Program-made: the position numbers and the translations under genes
Shown: positions 1 to 8,200 of the stretch, one piece after another
Position numbering within the stretch: position 1 is the stretch's first letter
How the letters are laid out: each line of letters begins with the position of its first letter
IMG/VR virus record: IMGVR_UViG_3300011115_000073
Span: 1 to 26,073 of that record
Reading direction: 5' to 3' (one strand)
Length of the DNA: 26,073 bases
DNA from: a virus
The notes under the pieces: generated by a model
The model's input: the letters and a program-made list of their open reading frames with translations, nothing else
Databases searched by the model: none
What the model was told of the DNA's origin: nothing

Positions 1-127
1 AACAGGTTTGTATAAATATATCTATGCAAGTGAGCAATCCACTTGCTACTGGTTTGGTGAGTATCTCTCGTCGCTTGTTGGTAACATAATTTAATTGTAA
101 TAGGGAGGCCATCCTTATTACGCCAAA
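1..127. repeat. Left copy of the exact 127-bp terminal redundancy (identical to 25947-26073)
   Basis: Compared base by base: aacaggtttgtataaatat...ccttattacgccaaa is present at both ends. Confidence 0.97.
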
Positions 128-203
128 TCAGGGAATAGGAACAAGGTGCTGTTGGGGCACAGTTGGATATTTTATATTCAACAACTTGTTCCTTTTCTAT
201 TGG

Positions 204-242
204 CCAAAAGAAAAGCCCCAGTGTCTCACGACATGAGGGCTT
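204..242 (-). terminator. Intrinsic terminator closing the late operon
   Basis: Minus strand reads AAGCCCTCATGTC-GTGA-GACACTGGGGCTT followed by TTCTTTTGG. The outer stem is AAGCCC/GGGCTT and the inner stem is a 5-bp helix including one G-U wobble. The loop is a GTGA tetraloop and a U-tract follows. It lies downstream of the last ORF (336..629). Confidence 0.7.
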
Positions 243-335
243 CAGTGAATGATGGATCCTGACCCTCTTGGGCTGGAGCCTATGCTATACCTGTCAACAA
301 CTTAGTGTTGTTAACACTTTTAGTTATGGCGGAGT

Positions 336-629
336 TTAAGGTTCTAGTCGCCCAGAGTCCATACGCACCACACTAAATTCTTCTGTGTTGAACAAGGCGT
401 TCATTTTATCTCGTAGGCGTAGGGCATGTGCTAGGTTTTGAAAGTTGATTCTAACATACTTGGGACCAGGATAATCAAAGTCCACATTAATACGAGTTTT
501 GATCTGACATGGTTTATTTTTGTAAAACAGGCTCCATGTGTAGTGTGCTTCTACCACTTCAATGCTTTTACGGTTATCATCAACATGACTCAACAACACA
601 GTTGGTTTGGTCCTTCCACCTGGACTCAT
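336..629 (-). CDS. Hypothetical protein (97 aa), last gene of the late operon
   Basis: The ATG at 629 overlaps the upstream TGA (ATGA at 626-629), indicating translational coupling. No recognisable motif. Confidence 0.6.
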   Translation of the reverse strand: MSPGGRTKPTVLLSHVDDNRKSIEVVEAHYTWSLFYKNKPCQIKTRINVDFDYPGPKYVRINFQNLAHALRLRDKMNALFNTEEFSVVRMDSGRLEP

Positions 630-1261
630 AAGGCCATGGCCCTTCTGTCATTGCGTCCTACAACCAGACCCGCTTCGCTGGCTATTTCTTTGATGCGAAG
701 TCTAGTCAAGCCATACTTGTCTTGTAGTGCTTGTTGTAGCATGACACCTTCTCGTATGTCTACCAGTAATGCTTCACGATCAAACACAACTGAACCAGGA
801 GGTGTCCATTTTCTTTTTATTTGTATACCATACTCTGGCATATCAGGTATATCAGGAGGTGGAGCACCTGGTGGTCTATACTTGTTGCCAGTGGCATCAA
901 GCCTTGGCGGTTCATACTGATATGTAATGGTCATGCTATTGGCTTTGAAGAAAGCATCGCATCCTGAACTTGCCGCAAGGTCTATCCAACTTTGAATGTT
1001 CAACACACTGGCAATAATCATTCTCCAATCCTTTGTGGCATATTGCATACTCCAAGGTGTATCCATCAAATGACTAAAGGGTAAATCTTTTTGGATCACC
1101 ACAGCGGCTCTAACATGTTCAGTTGAAACAGTTTCACACAAGAACTTATAATCAGCCACCCCACATGCAAATCGTAATATGCTTTGGGGCGTTGGATACG
1201 CATTGTTGATGCGTTTAAAGTTGTGATCATACCAACGATTGGCTATCATATTTTCATTCAT
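626..1261 (-). CDS. Hypothetical two-domain protein (211 aa) with a Pro-rich linker and a C-terminal HTH-like segment
   Basis: ATG at 1261. The linker is YRPPGAPPPDIPDMPE and the C-terminus has LQDKYGLTRLRIKEIASEAGL, which resembles a helix-turn-helix. No lysin motif seen. The RBS is weak, and 1249 is an alternative start. Confidence 0.6.
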   Translation of the reverse strand: MNENMIANRWYDHNFKRINNAYPTPQSILRFACGVADYKFLCETVSTEHVRAAVVIQKDLPFSHLMDTPWSMQYATKDWRMIIASVLNIQSWIDLAASSGCDAFFKANSMTITYQYEPPRLDATGNKYRPPGAPPPDIPDMPEYGIQIKRKWTPPGSVVFDREALLVDIREGVMLQQALQDKYGLTRLRIKEIASEAGLVVGRNDRRAMAL

Positions 1262-1301
1262 AAATTAGTTAAAATCCCTTTACTAATTTATATATGCTCC
1301 A

Positions 1302-1742
1302 TTAACTCTTGCCTGCGATCTTCTCTTGACTACGCCCATAAGCCGCAAGTCCAAGCACAGCACCCATTGCAATGTGATACAGGCCAGCACCTTGCAATGT
1401 TAAAGGACTCCATTGACTTGTCACTTGCCCACCTTGAACTGTTTGTAACACACTCCACAATATTGGAAACACAACAAAGTCTGTGGCACATGTAATCATG
1501 TAAATGAACGCCATCATGGGCCTCCACTTTGAATTAATGAACTGCCCAAACTTGTCATCAGTTTCTAGCGTATTGGTAGCACCTTGAACTGCCACTTGGG
1601 CTGCCGCATCTGCCACTGCTTTTGTCTTGGTAGCCTCATCAGCACTTGACCAACCTCCAGCGGCCACCTTGGCATCTATGTTCATTTGCACTCTAGGACT
1701 TAACTCATAATGAGTGTCATCGTAATCTTCTAACTTTGGCAT
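1302..1742 (-). CDS. Putative holin (146 aa)
   Basis: Soluble N-terminal half followed by hydrophobic segments: WRPMMAFIYMITCATDFVVFPILWSVL and GAGLYHIAMGAVLGLAAY. It sits after the tail fibre at the operon end. The ATG at 1742 follows the upstream stop directly. Confidence 0.55.
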   Translation of the reverse strand: MPKLEDYDDTHYELSPRVQMNIDAKVAAGGWSSADEATKTKAVADAAAQVAVQGATNTLETDDKFGQFINSKWRPMMAFIYMITCATDFVVFPILWSVLQTVQGGQVTSQWSPLTLQGAGLYHIAMGAVLGLAAYGRSQEKIAGKS

Positions 1743-1743
1743 A

Positions 1744-2103
1744 TTACTTTAGGTGAATAATCACATAACCAAGAAAGGCTATCAAGGCCACAATCACTGA
1801 TCCTGCGGCTGTTATAATTGCTGTGTGGCTTGAGTTGTTACGCTTTTCAATAAGTTCTTTGATTTCACTGAAACCCCTACTGGTGCCTGAACTAAGTTCT
1901 TTTACAGTTGTTTCCAATTTGTCTAACCTATCATCAATGTTCTTCATCTTAACATCCAAACCTAAAAATCGTTCAGCACATACAGCCTCATGGGTGTCAA
2001 GTCTTGCACTGGTCTTATCTATTTGAGTCATTTCTTTGCTGCCTGTTTCTGTAACAATTCTTCTAGTTCTGCGTTTCTTAACGCTCGTATCAATTGATTG
2101 CAT
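1744..2103 (-). CDS. Membrane-anchored coiled-coil protein (119 aa), possible lysis accessory
   Basis: C-terminal TM segment AIITAAGSVIVALIAFLGYVIIHL after a heptad-like region (DDRLDKLETTVKELS). GAAGGT lies 9 nt upstream of the ATG at 2103. An alternative start at 2031 makes an ATGA overlap with the competing ORF 2028..2213. Confidence 0.55.
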   Translation of the reverse strand: MQSIDTSVKKRRTRRIVTETGSKEMTQIDKTSARLDTHEAVCAERFLGLDVKMKNIDDRLDKLETTVKELSSGTSRGFSEIKELIEKRNNSSHTAIITAAGSVIVALIAFLGYVIIHLK

Positions 2104-2221
2104 GATTGCTTTACCTTCAGTATTTCTTTGTCTGTTACAATATCGTGTAATTCTGTTTCAGCAAGTCTAACTCTATGATAATTTCTTTTTATTATTATAA
2201 ACTTAGACATCATGAACTTAT

Positions 2222-4657
2222 TTAAAACAATGCATTCCAAGTGGTGCCATCATGACATTCAAGTTTAACAGTTGTTGTGTTAAAAATTACCCATCCTGCA
2301 CTGGCTGCCAATGCATCACGCTGAGTGGTTGTATAACTTGGAAATCTAATTGGCACACTAAAATTTGCTCTAGTTGTGTTTAAGTTCAAAGAAGTTGTTG
2401 TGCCACTTTTACCTTGCTGGAATATATGTTCATCACTGCGATATGTAGATGATTGTGGGGTTAACCCTAGAACAGGAATCAAACTAGCACCTGAAGTAAT
2501 AGTAGTTGCTGTTGGTGCTAGATTCAAACTAAAACTTGTGCCTAATGCTGTATTTGACACATAACTTTCTGCGGCTGTAAATCCAAAGAAACCAGTCACT
2601 GCTGGGATAGTGTCATTTAACCAACCTGTTGATGTATAACCTGTGACATCAACTGAACCTAATACATCATTTACTAGAACTGCTGAAGGTGCGGCTGCTG
2701 TGCCACGAGCCTTTTCAAATAACACACGACCTCGTTGTGCTGATCCATTGGCAGCGTCACTGCCTGAATAACTACGCATCAAGGTAAGTGGACCACGGGC
2801 TGTATTCTCACTATTGCTAAGACTAATACCACGGAAATATGGATTGCCTGAGGCTTGTGCGGCACTGGAGTTTAAAGCAAATATATCACCAGCGGCTGCT
2901 TGTGTTAAGTTGCGTATTGTGCCTTTAACAAAATTACCTGTGGCTGTTACACTATTAAATGTTGTGCTGTCAGTAGTAGCAACTGCTTGACCAATGCTGA
3001 TGGCACCTGTGCTACTATTGTATGTGACACCTGTTGATCCACTCAACGCACTTCTAGCACCTGATGTAGTAATGTAATTTGCATCATTAGTAAAACTACT
3101 AACTGCGGTGGGCTTACCAGTTAAGTCTGCATAAGCACCACTAAACAATGTAGGCTTGCTTGTTAAGTCTGTGTATGAACCAGAGAACAAACTAGGCAAT
3201 CCACTTAAACTACTATAAGCACCATCAAACAATGTAGGCTTGCTTGTTAAGTCTGCATACACACCTGAAAACAATGTAGGCTTGCCAGTCAAGTCACTAT
3301 AAGCACCTGTTGAGGCCACTGTAGCATAAGAAGGTTGAGTATAACTTATCGCACCTGTAGTGCTGTTGTAACTTAATGAACCTGTTGCACTGATTGAGGC
3401 TCTGGCTCTAGCATCTGTATAATATAAGTTTGTGCCTTCTGCTACATCAGTTGTGCTCTTACCAGCAAGTTGTCCACTAAACGCACTACTAAATCCTGCG
3501 GCATCTAACTTGTTGCCTAATGCTGTTGTTACAGTTGTAGCAAAGTTTGGATCATCACCCAAGGCAGCCGCCAATTCATTTAAGGTATCTAGCGTGGCTG
3601 GACTTGAATCAACAATGGCCGCTGCCGCACTTGCTGCCGCACTATCAGCATAAGTCTTTGTTGCAATTGTTGAATCAACTGCAATGGCACCTGTGGCCTC
3701 TGTGTAAGTGATACCTGTAGAGCCGCTTACAGCCGCCCTAGCACGGGCTGTAGTGTGATATAAGTTAGTGCCTTCTGTTAAATTGGTTGTTGATTTGGTT
3801 GCTAGTCTAGTATCAAAATCACTATTAGCCCTAGCACTAGTGTAATATAGATTAGTTCCTTCAGCCAAGTTTGTAGTGGCTTTGGTTGCCAAGCGTGTAT
3901 CAAAGTCACTGTTAGCACGACTGCTGGTATAATAAAGATTGGTGCCTTCATTTAAGTTTGAGGTTGTTTTTGTTGCAAGGCGTGTATCAAATGCTGAGTT
4001 GACTCTTGTATCAGTATAATATTTGTTTGTGGTGCCTTCTGGCAATTCATCTGTAGTAACAGGATTAGCACCACCTGTGTAACTAATGACACCTGTAGTG
4101 TTGTTATAGGTAATACTGCCTGTGCCACTTATGCTAGATCTAGCACGACCAGTTGTAAAATATAAATTACTGCCTTCAGCAACATTGGTTGTAGTTTTAG
4201 CGGCCAGTCTAGTATCAAATGCACCATTGGTAAAATATAGATTTACGCTGCCTTCTGGCACATCATCAGTGGAAGTAATAACAGGCACAGCCGTTACTTG
4301 ACCGTCAACATATTGTTTTGTTGCAGCCTGTAAGTTTGCGGCAGGATCAGCACTCAGTGTCAGTGCTCCAGTCATTGTCCCACCTGACTTGTTGAGTTTG
4401 GCATCTAATGCTGTTTGTGTCGCGGTGCTGACAGGTTTATTGGCATCGCTGGTGTTATCTACTGCACCAAGACCAACATCACTTTTGTTGGCAATAGTGC
4501 TGATGGTAAATGTTGCGTTTTCTTCAATGACACTAACAGGTTGGCTAGTGGTTGCAACTGAAACAGTTGCTGAGTCGCCAGTGACAGTAATAGAAGTTGT
4601 GCTTTCTGTTACTGTGACTGTTTCTTTAAGTTCAGTTACAGTTATATCAGTAGGCAT
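2222..4657 (-). CDS. Tail fibre protein (811 aa) with two internal repeat families
   Basis: AGGAG sits 6 nt before the ATG at 4657. N-terminal motifs are typical of phage fibres: KSDVGLGAVDNTSDANKPVSTATQTALDAKLNKSGGTMTGAL, AATKQYVD and LDTLNELAAALGDDPNFA. Repeats are EGTNLYYT-ARA-SDFDTRLATK and a 15-aa Y-DLT-KPTLFSG unit. Confidence 0.85.
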   Translation of the reverse strand: MPTDITVTELKETVTVTESTTSITVTGDSATVSVATTSQPVSVIEENATFTISTIANKSDVGLGAVDNTSDANKPVSTATQTALDAKLNKSGGTMTGALTLSADPAANLQAATKQYVDGQVTAVPVITSTDDVPEGSVNLYFTNGAFDTRLAAKTTTNVAEGSNLYFTTGRARSSISGTGSITYNNTTGVISYTGGANPVTTDELPEGTTNKYYTDTRVNSAFDTRLATKTTSNLNEGTNLYYTSSRANSDFDTRLATKATTNLAEGTNLYYTSARANSDFDTRLATKSTTNLTEGTNLYHTTARARAAVSGSTGITYTEATGAIAVDSTIATKTYADSAAASAAAAIVDSSPATLDTLNELAAALGDDPNFATTVTTALGNKLDAAGFSSAFSGQLAGKSTTDVAEGTNLYYTDARARASISATGSLSYNSTTGAISYTQPSYATVASTGAYSDLTGKPTLFSGVYADLTSKPTLFDGAYSSLSGLPSLFSGSYTDLTSKPTLFSGAYADLTGKPTAVSSFTNDANYITTSGARSALSGSTGVTYNSSTGAISIGQAVATTDSTTFNSVTATGNFVKGTIRNLTQAAAGDIFALNSSAAQASGNPYFRGISLSNSENTARGPLTLMRSYSGSDAANGSAQRGRVLFEKARGTAAAPSAVLVNDVLGSVDVTGYTSTGWLNDTIPAVTGFFGFTAAESYVSNTALGTSFSLNLAPTATTITSGASLIPVLGLTPQSSTYRSDEHIFQQGKSGTTTSLNLNTTRANFSVPIRFPSYTTTQRDALAASAGWVIFNTTTVKLECHDGTTWNALF

Positions 4658-4658
4658 A

Positions 4659-5162
4659 TCAAACTCCTAGTGCTGTGTATTGTGGACTAGTGCTTGTGGT
4701 TGGATCACCAACTGGGCAATCAGGTTCCCAATTATTGATATACACCCAACGATGTGTATTGATGTTGTTTAAACTACCTGCTGTTTTCCAAGTAACACCC
4801 ACAACTGTGAGTGGAATGTTTTTACGAGCATCAGGCACAATAGGACCTGCATACATGCCTGCTGGAATAGTAATGTTAACTGTTCCTGCTGTGGCATTGA
4901 CTACAACAATGTTGCTGCCACTAACTTCCACCTTGGGGAAGGAACCAATAACCTTGCTGGTAGCAAAGTTGGGTTCACCTGTAAAGCGGTCATACGCAAG
5001 TGTGTCTACTACTAAAGTTTGATGATCAACTTCAAATGTCCATCCAGTGATGTTTTGTCCAAAGTTATATTGTAATGTTTTTTGTGATGATGGGAAGATT
5101 GATTCACACTTGACCTCGTCAGGTCCACCCAGCCACTGTTGAAAAGATAAGATGCCAGCCAT
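4659..5162 (-). CDS. Hypothetical tail-tip/fibre-associated protein (167 aa)
   Basis: AGGAGAAACAAAATG RBS and start at 5162. Beta-rich sequence located between the J-like protein and the fibre. Confidence 0.65.
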   Translation of the reverse strand: MAGILSFQQWLGGPDEVKCESIFPSSQKTLQYNFGQNITGWTFEVDHQTLVVDTLAYDRFTGEPNFATSKVIGSFPKVEVSGSNIVVVNATAGTVNITIPAGMYAGPIVPDARKNIPLTVVGVTWKTAGSLNNINTHRWVYINNWEPDCPVGDPTTSTSPQYTALGV

Positions 5163-5225
5163 TTTGTTTCTCCTAAGGGATACAATGCTGACGCTAAGGC
5201 TTCAGCAAGGTTCTATGTTTATTTA

Positions 5226-8200
5226 TTAAGTGCTGAAGCGAACAGTATAAGACACGGTTGAAACAGCAGATCCATATAGCACTGAAAGATTAGTAGATCC
5301 TATACCATAGTATCCTGTTCTATAAATTGCAGGAGTGCCACTAACACCAGGATAATGATACACAGTTGCATAAGCAATTGGCACATCATAATTTGTAGTT
5401 CTTGTTACACCTGTAGCCAAGGTTGTTATACTGCCAGCAGGTTCTGCAGGGGGTGCTGTATAAGTTCTTGTAAAACTTGATGCTGTTATTGTGTTACCGC
5501 TGATGGTATATGTTCCATATACCGTGCCCAAGTTGTCGCTCATGGTCAAACTGGTATCAGGATTTTCACCAGGCTTGCTCCATTTATTGAAGTTGCTTTC
5601 CGCCATTACATAAAATGAAGTTGCACTAATAGGTATAACAGTTAGTTTGCGTGACAAAGTTGTTTTAACAGTATACGAATTCCAAAAAGGATCAGTATTA
5701 ATTTTGCCAGTGGCAGCACCTAATGCTTGAACATATTGTTCTATTGATTGCACACCACTATTAAAAGTATATGCACCTTTAGTAGGAGTGGTAAGTGTAA
5801 AATAATTTAATTTACAAACCCATCTATTGGAACCAGGAACGGGGTAAATTCTATCACCAGTTGGATAATCTGATGTATTTGTAGGAGCAAATATTCCACT
5901 TACTACACTTGGAAATAGCGACCAGTTTAGGCCATTGGTGCTGTAATACATTGTAGAACCAGAATTGGAACTAGTTTCATTTGGGTTCCAGCCAATGTAT
6001 TCACCACTGGTGTTATTGGATTTAAACGAATTTAATTGTGCACCTCCTGGAAATCCAGTTGAGGATTCAGTCCAATTTTTTCCATCCGTGCTATATGCGG
6101 TTGCATTAACTTGTGTGGCATTGGCTTGAGTAAAATATCTATACGCAATAAATTTTCCAATCACACTGTTATAAGGTAATAATTTGAATACATCTTTATA
6201 AACATAATCTGTTATAGCGGTGCCTTCAAATGTTACATCTTTTACTTTGTTCCATGTAATAGTGTCATTTGACCAATATAACTTATCAACTTCTGTTGGG
6301 TCTGGAGAAACATAAATGCTACCGTTGGTCACTGATTTTACACCAGTAAATGGATAACCAGTTGCTCCACTAGTAACATAAGTGGCTGTTTGAATGCCAA
6401 AGATTGTGTTGGTAGAAAAAGCAACACTATCACCTAAGTCAACATTGCAACCGCCAAACACCACCATTTGTCCAGCCGCAACTTTAACTGTTTGATAAAC
6501 TTGTTGTGAATATCTTGTTGAATAAATTGGTAAGTTTGGAATAAATGAATCATAATTAATCCCATTGTTGACATCTGGAATTTTAACTGATGCTCCGCCA
6601 CCAATATATTCACCATCAACACTGTATGTGATTGGCACAGCAGGGGGTGGATTGGTATAACCAGATATATATTGTTCAGTAATGGTTGCTGAAGGCTTCC
6701 ACTTGGTCCAGGCACTCCATGCTTGATTTTGTAATCCCACTGCAGAATTGTATGTGCAAGTGGAATAATACAGGTAAGAACTTGCATAGTCTGTAATTGG
6801 AGACAATATAGTATTTGGTGTAACAATATTACTTGCTGGAATAACACCGCTATAAGAACTATTGGCAAACACCAAGTTACCATGTGTAAAGATGGCTGTT
6901 TTATTTGTGCTTCCATTTGTGGTTGTGTATTTGCAAGGAAATATTGAGCCGTTTAAAATATAAGAACCACTTGTGGCTCCACCGCCATCAACAACACCTC
7001 CACCACCTCCACCACCTGTGCTACCACTTACACTAATTGTGACATCACCAATGCCTGTTGTTGGAGCAATAGTAATGCCTGTGCCAGCAATAATTTTACT
7101 AACACCTGCTGTGGTCTCACCAGTAGCACTGATGGTTATTTCATGTCCAATATCGTTGGAGGTAATTGAAATGCCAGCACCTGCGAGGAAAGTAAGTGTG
7201 TCATCTACACCAGCACTAAATGAAACATTGCCAGCATTTATAATTCTAAACGCAGCCGCTTGTTGTTCCAATGCGGCCTGTGCGGCCACAATGTCTGCTG
7301 GATCTACAATGCCCAATAACTTACCTAAATCAGTTTGACTTAGTGCTGCCAAGGCTTGTGGTGCAAATGCTTTGTAGGCAAAATATGCAATGGCACCCAT
7401 ACCCAGGACTGGCAATAGGTCACCAAGACTTGGCGTATCAATGGTTGTTTTGTCAGTAACTTGATCAGTAACTTGCACTGGTGCCCATGTTTTAGCAACA
7501 GTGGCACTAAAGTCACCAAATGCTTTTTCATTGCCACCACGCACTTTGAACAAGTAACTGCCAGCAGGTAAACTTGCGGCTCTAAATGTTAAACTGGTTC
7601 CTTGTGCATATGGACTACCATTACTGTTGCTACGACTACCTAGAACTTTATAAGTGGTGCCTGCATCGCTACTATACCAGTATTCAAAGCGGTCAACAAT
7701 GCCTGCTGGAGTTACACCTGTGATGTCTAGTGCAGGAACAGCAACATTATTAAGTTCAGCAACAGTGGGGGCGGCTGGGGTTCCAATTACTGCAATATCA
7801 GGAATGGCAATGGCTTCAGTTGGCACACGCGGTCTGCGTGGCACACCACCTGCTGTATACATTGTGCTGTCATATTCTTGTGCTGTAATTTCAACTGCTA
7901 GACCACCAGAGTCACTTTCAATCTCACGCACACGCACAACACGGAATGGTTTAAGTGTCCAACCATATACATCTGTAGTGATGGTAATTACATCACCTGC
8001 TTCAGTGTTGATCTTTGAATAATCAGTTGTGAATGTAACAACTTGATCCATACGATTTTGATACAGTTCCAAATAACCAAGTGAACGGGCTTGTAGCGGT
8101 TCATTGATCAGGTCCAACTTTAGTTGTAGGATGTTGTCAGGTTCATTGGCGTTGCGATATTCAGTGGGCAAGTCAATGCGGATCATGTCCATTTGATCAC

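Noticed and set aside
304-318. Small hairpin AGTGTT-GTT-AACACT just after the last ORF
   Set aside because: It has a 6-bp AT-rich stem with a 3-nt loop and no U-tract. The much stronger terminator at 204-242 accounts for transcript ending.
128-335. tRNA or other canonical RNA gene in the non-coding arm
   Set aside because: I saw no cloverleaf-compatible arrangement and no GTTCNANNC T-loop box. The hairpins present are better explained as a terminator and inverted repeats.
2028-2240. 70-aa ORF (or 61 aa from the ATG at 2213) between the fibre gene and the 119-aa membrane protein
   Set aside because: It overlaps the 5' end of ORF 1744..2103, whose start has the better RBS, and its own starts lack one. 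It is not fully excluded. An ATGA junction at 2028-2031 would fit an alternative model (2028..2213 plus 1744..2031), and the helical sequence looks protein-like.
5163-5225. Hairpin TGCTGA-10 nt-TCAGCA (5186-5207) between the giant tip gene and the next gene as a terminator
   Set aside because: It has only a 6-bp stem and a large loop, with no U-tract on the transcribed strand. Essential genes with a strong RBS follow immediately. At most it is an RNA stability or translation element.
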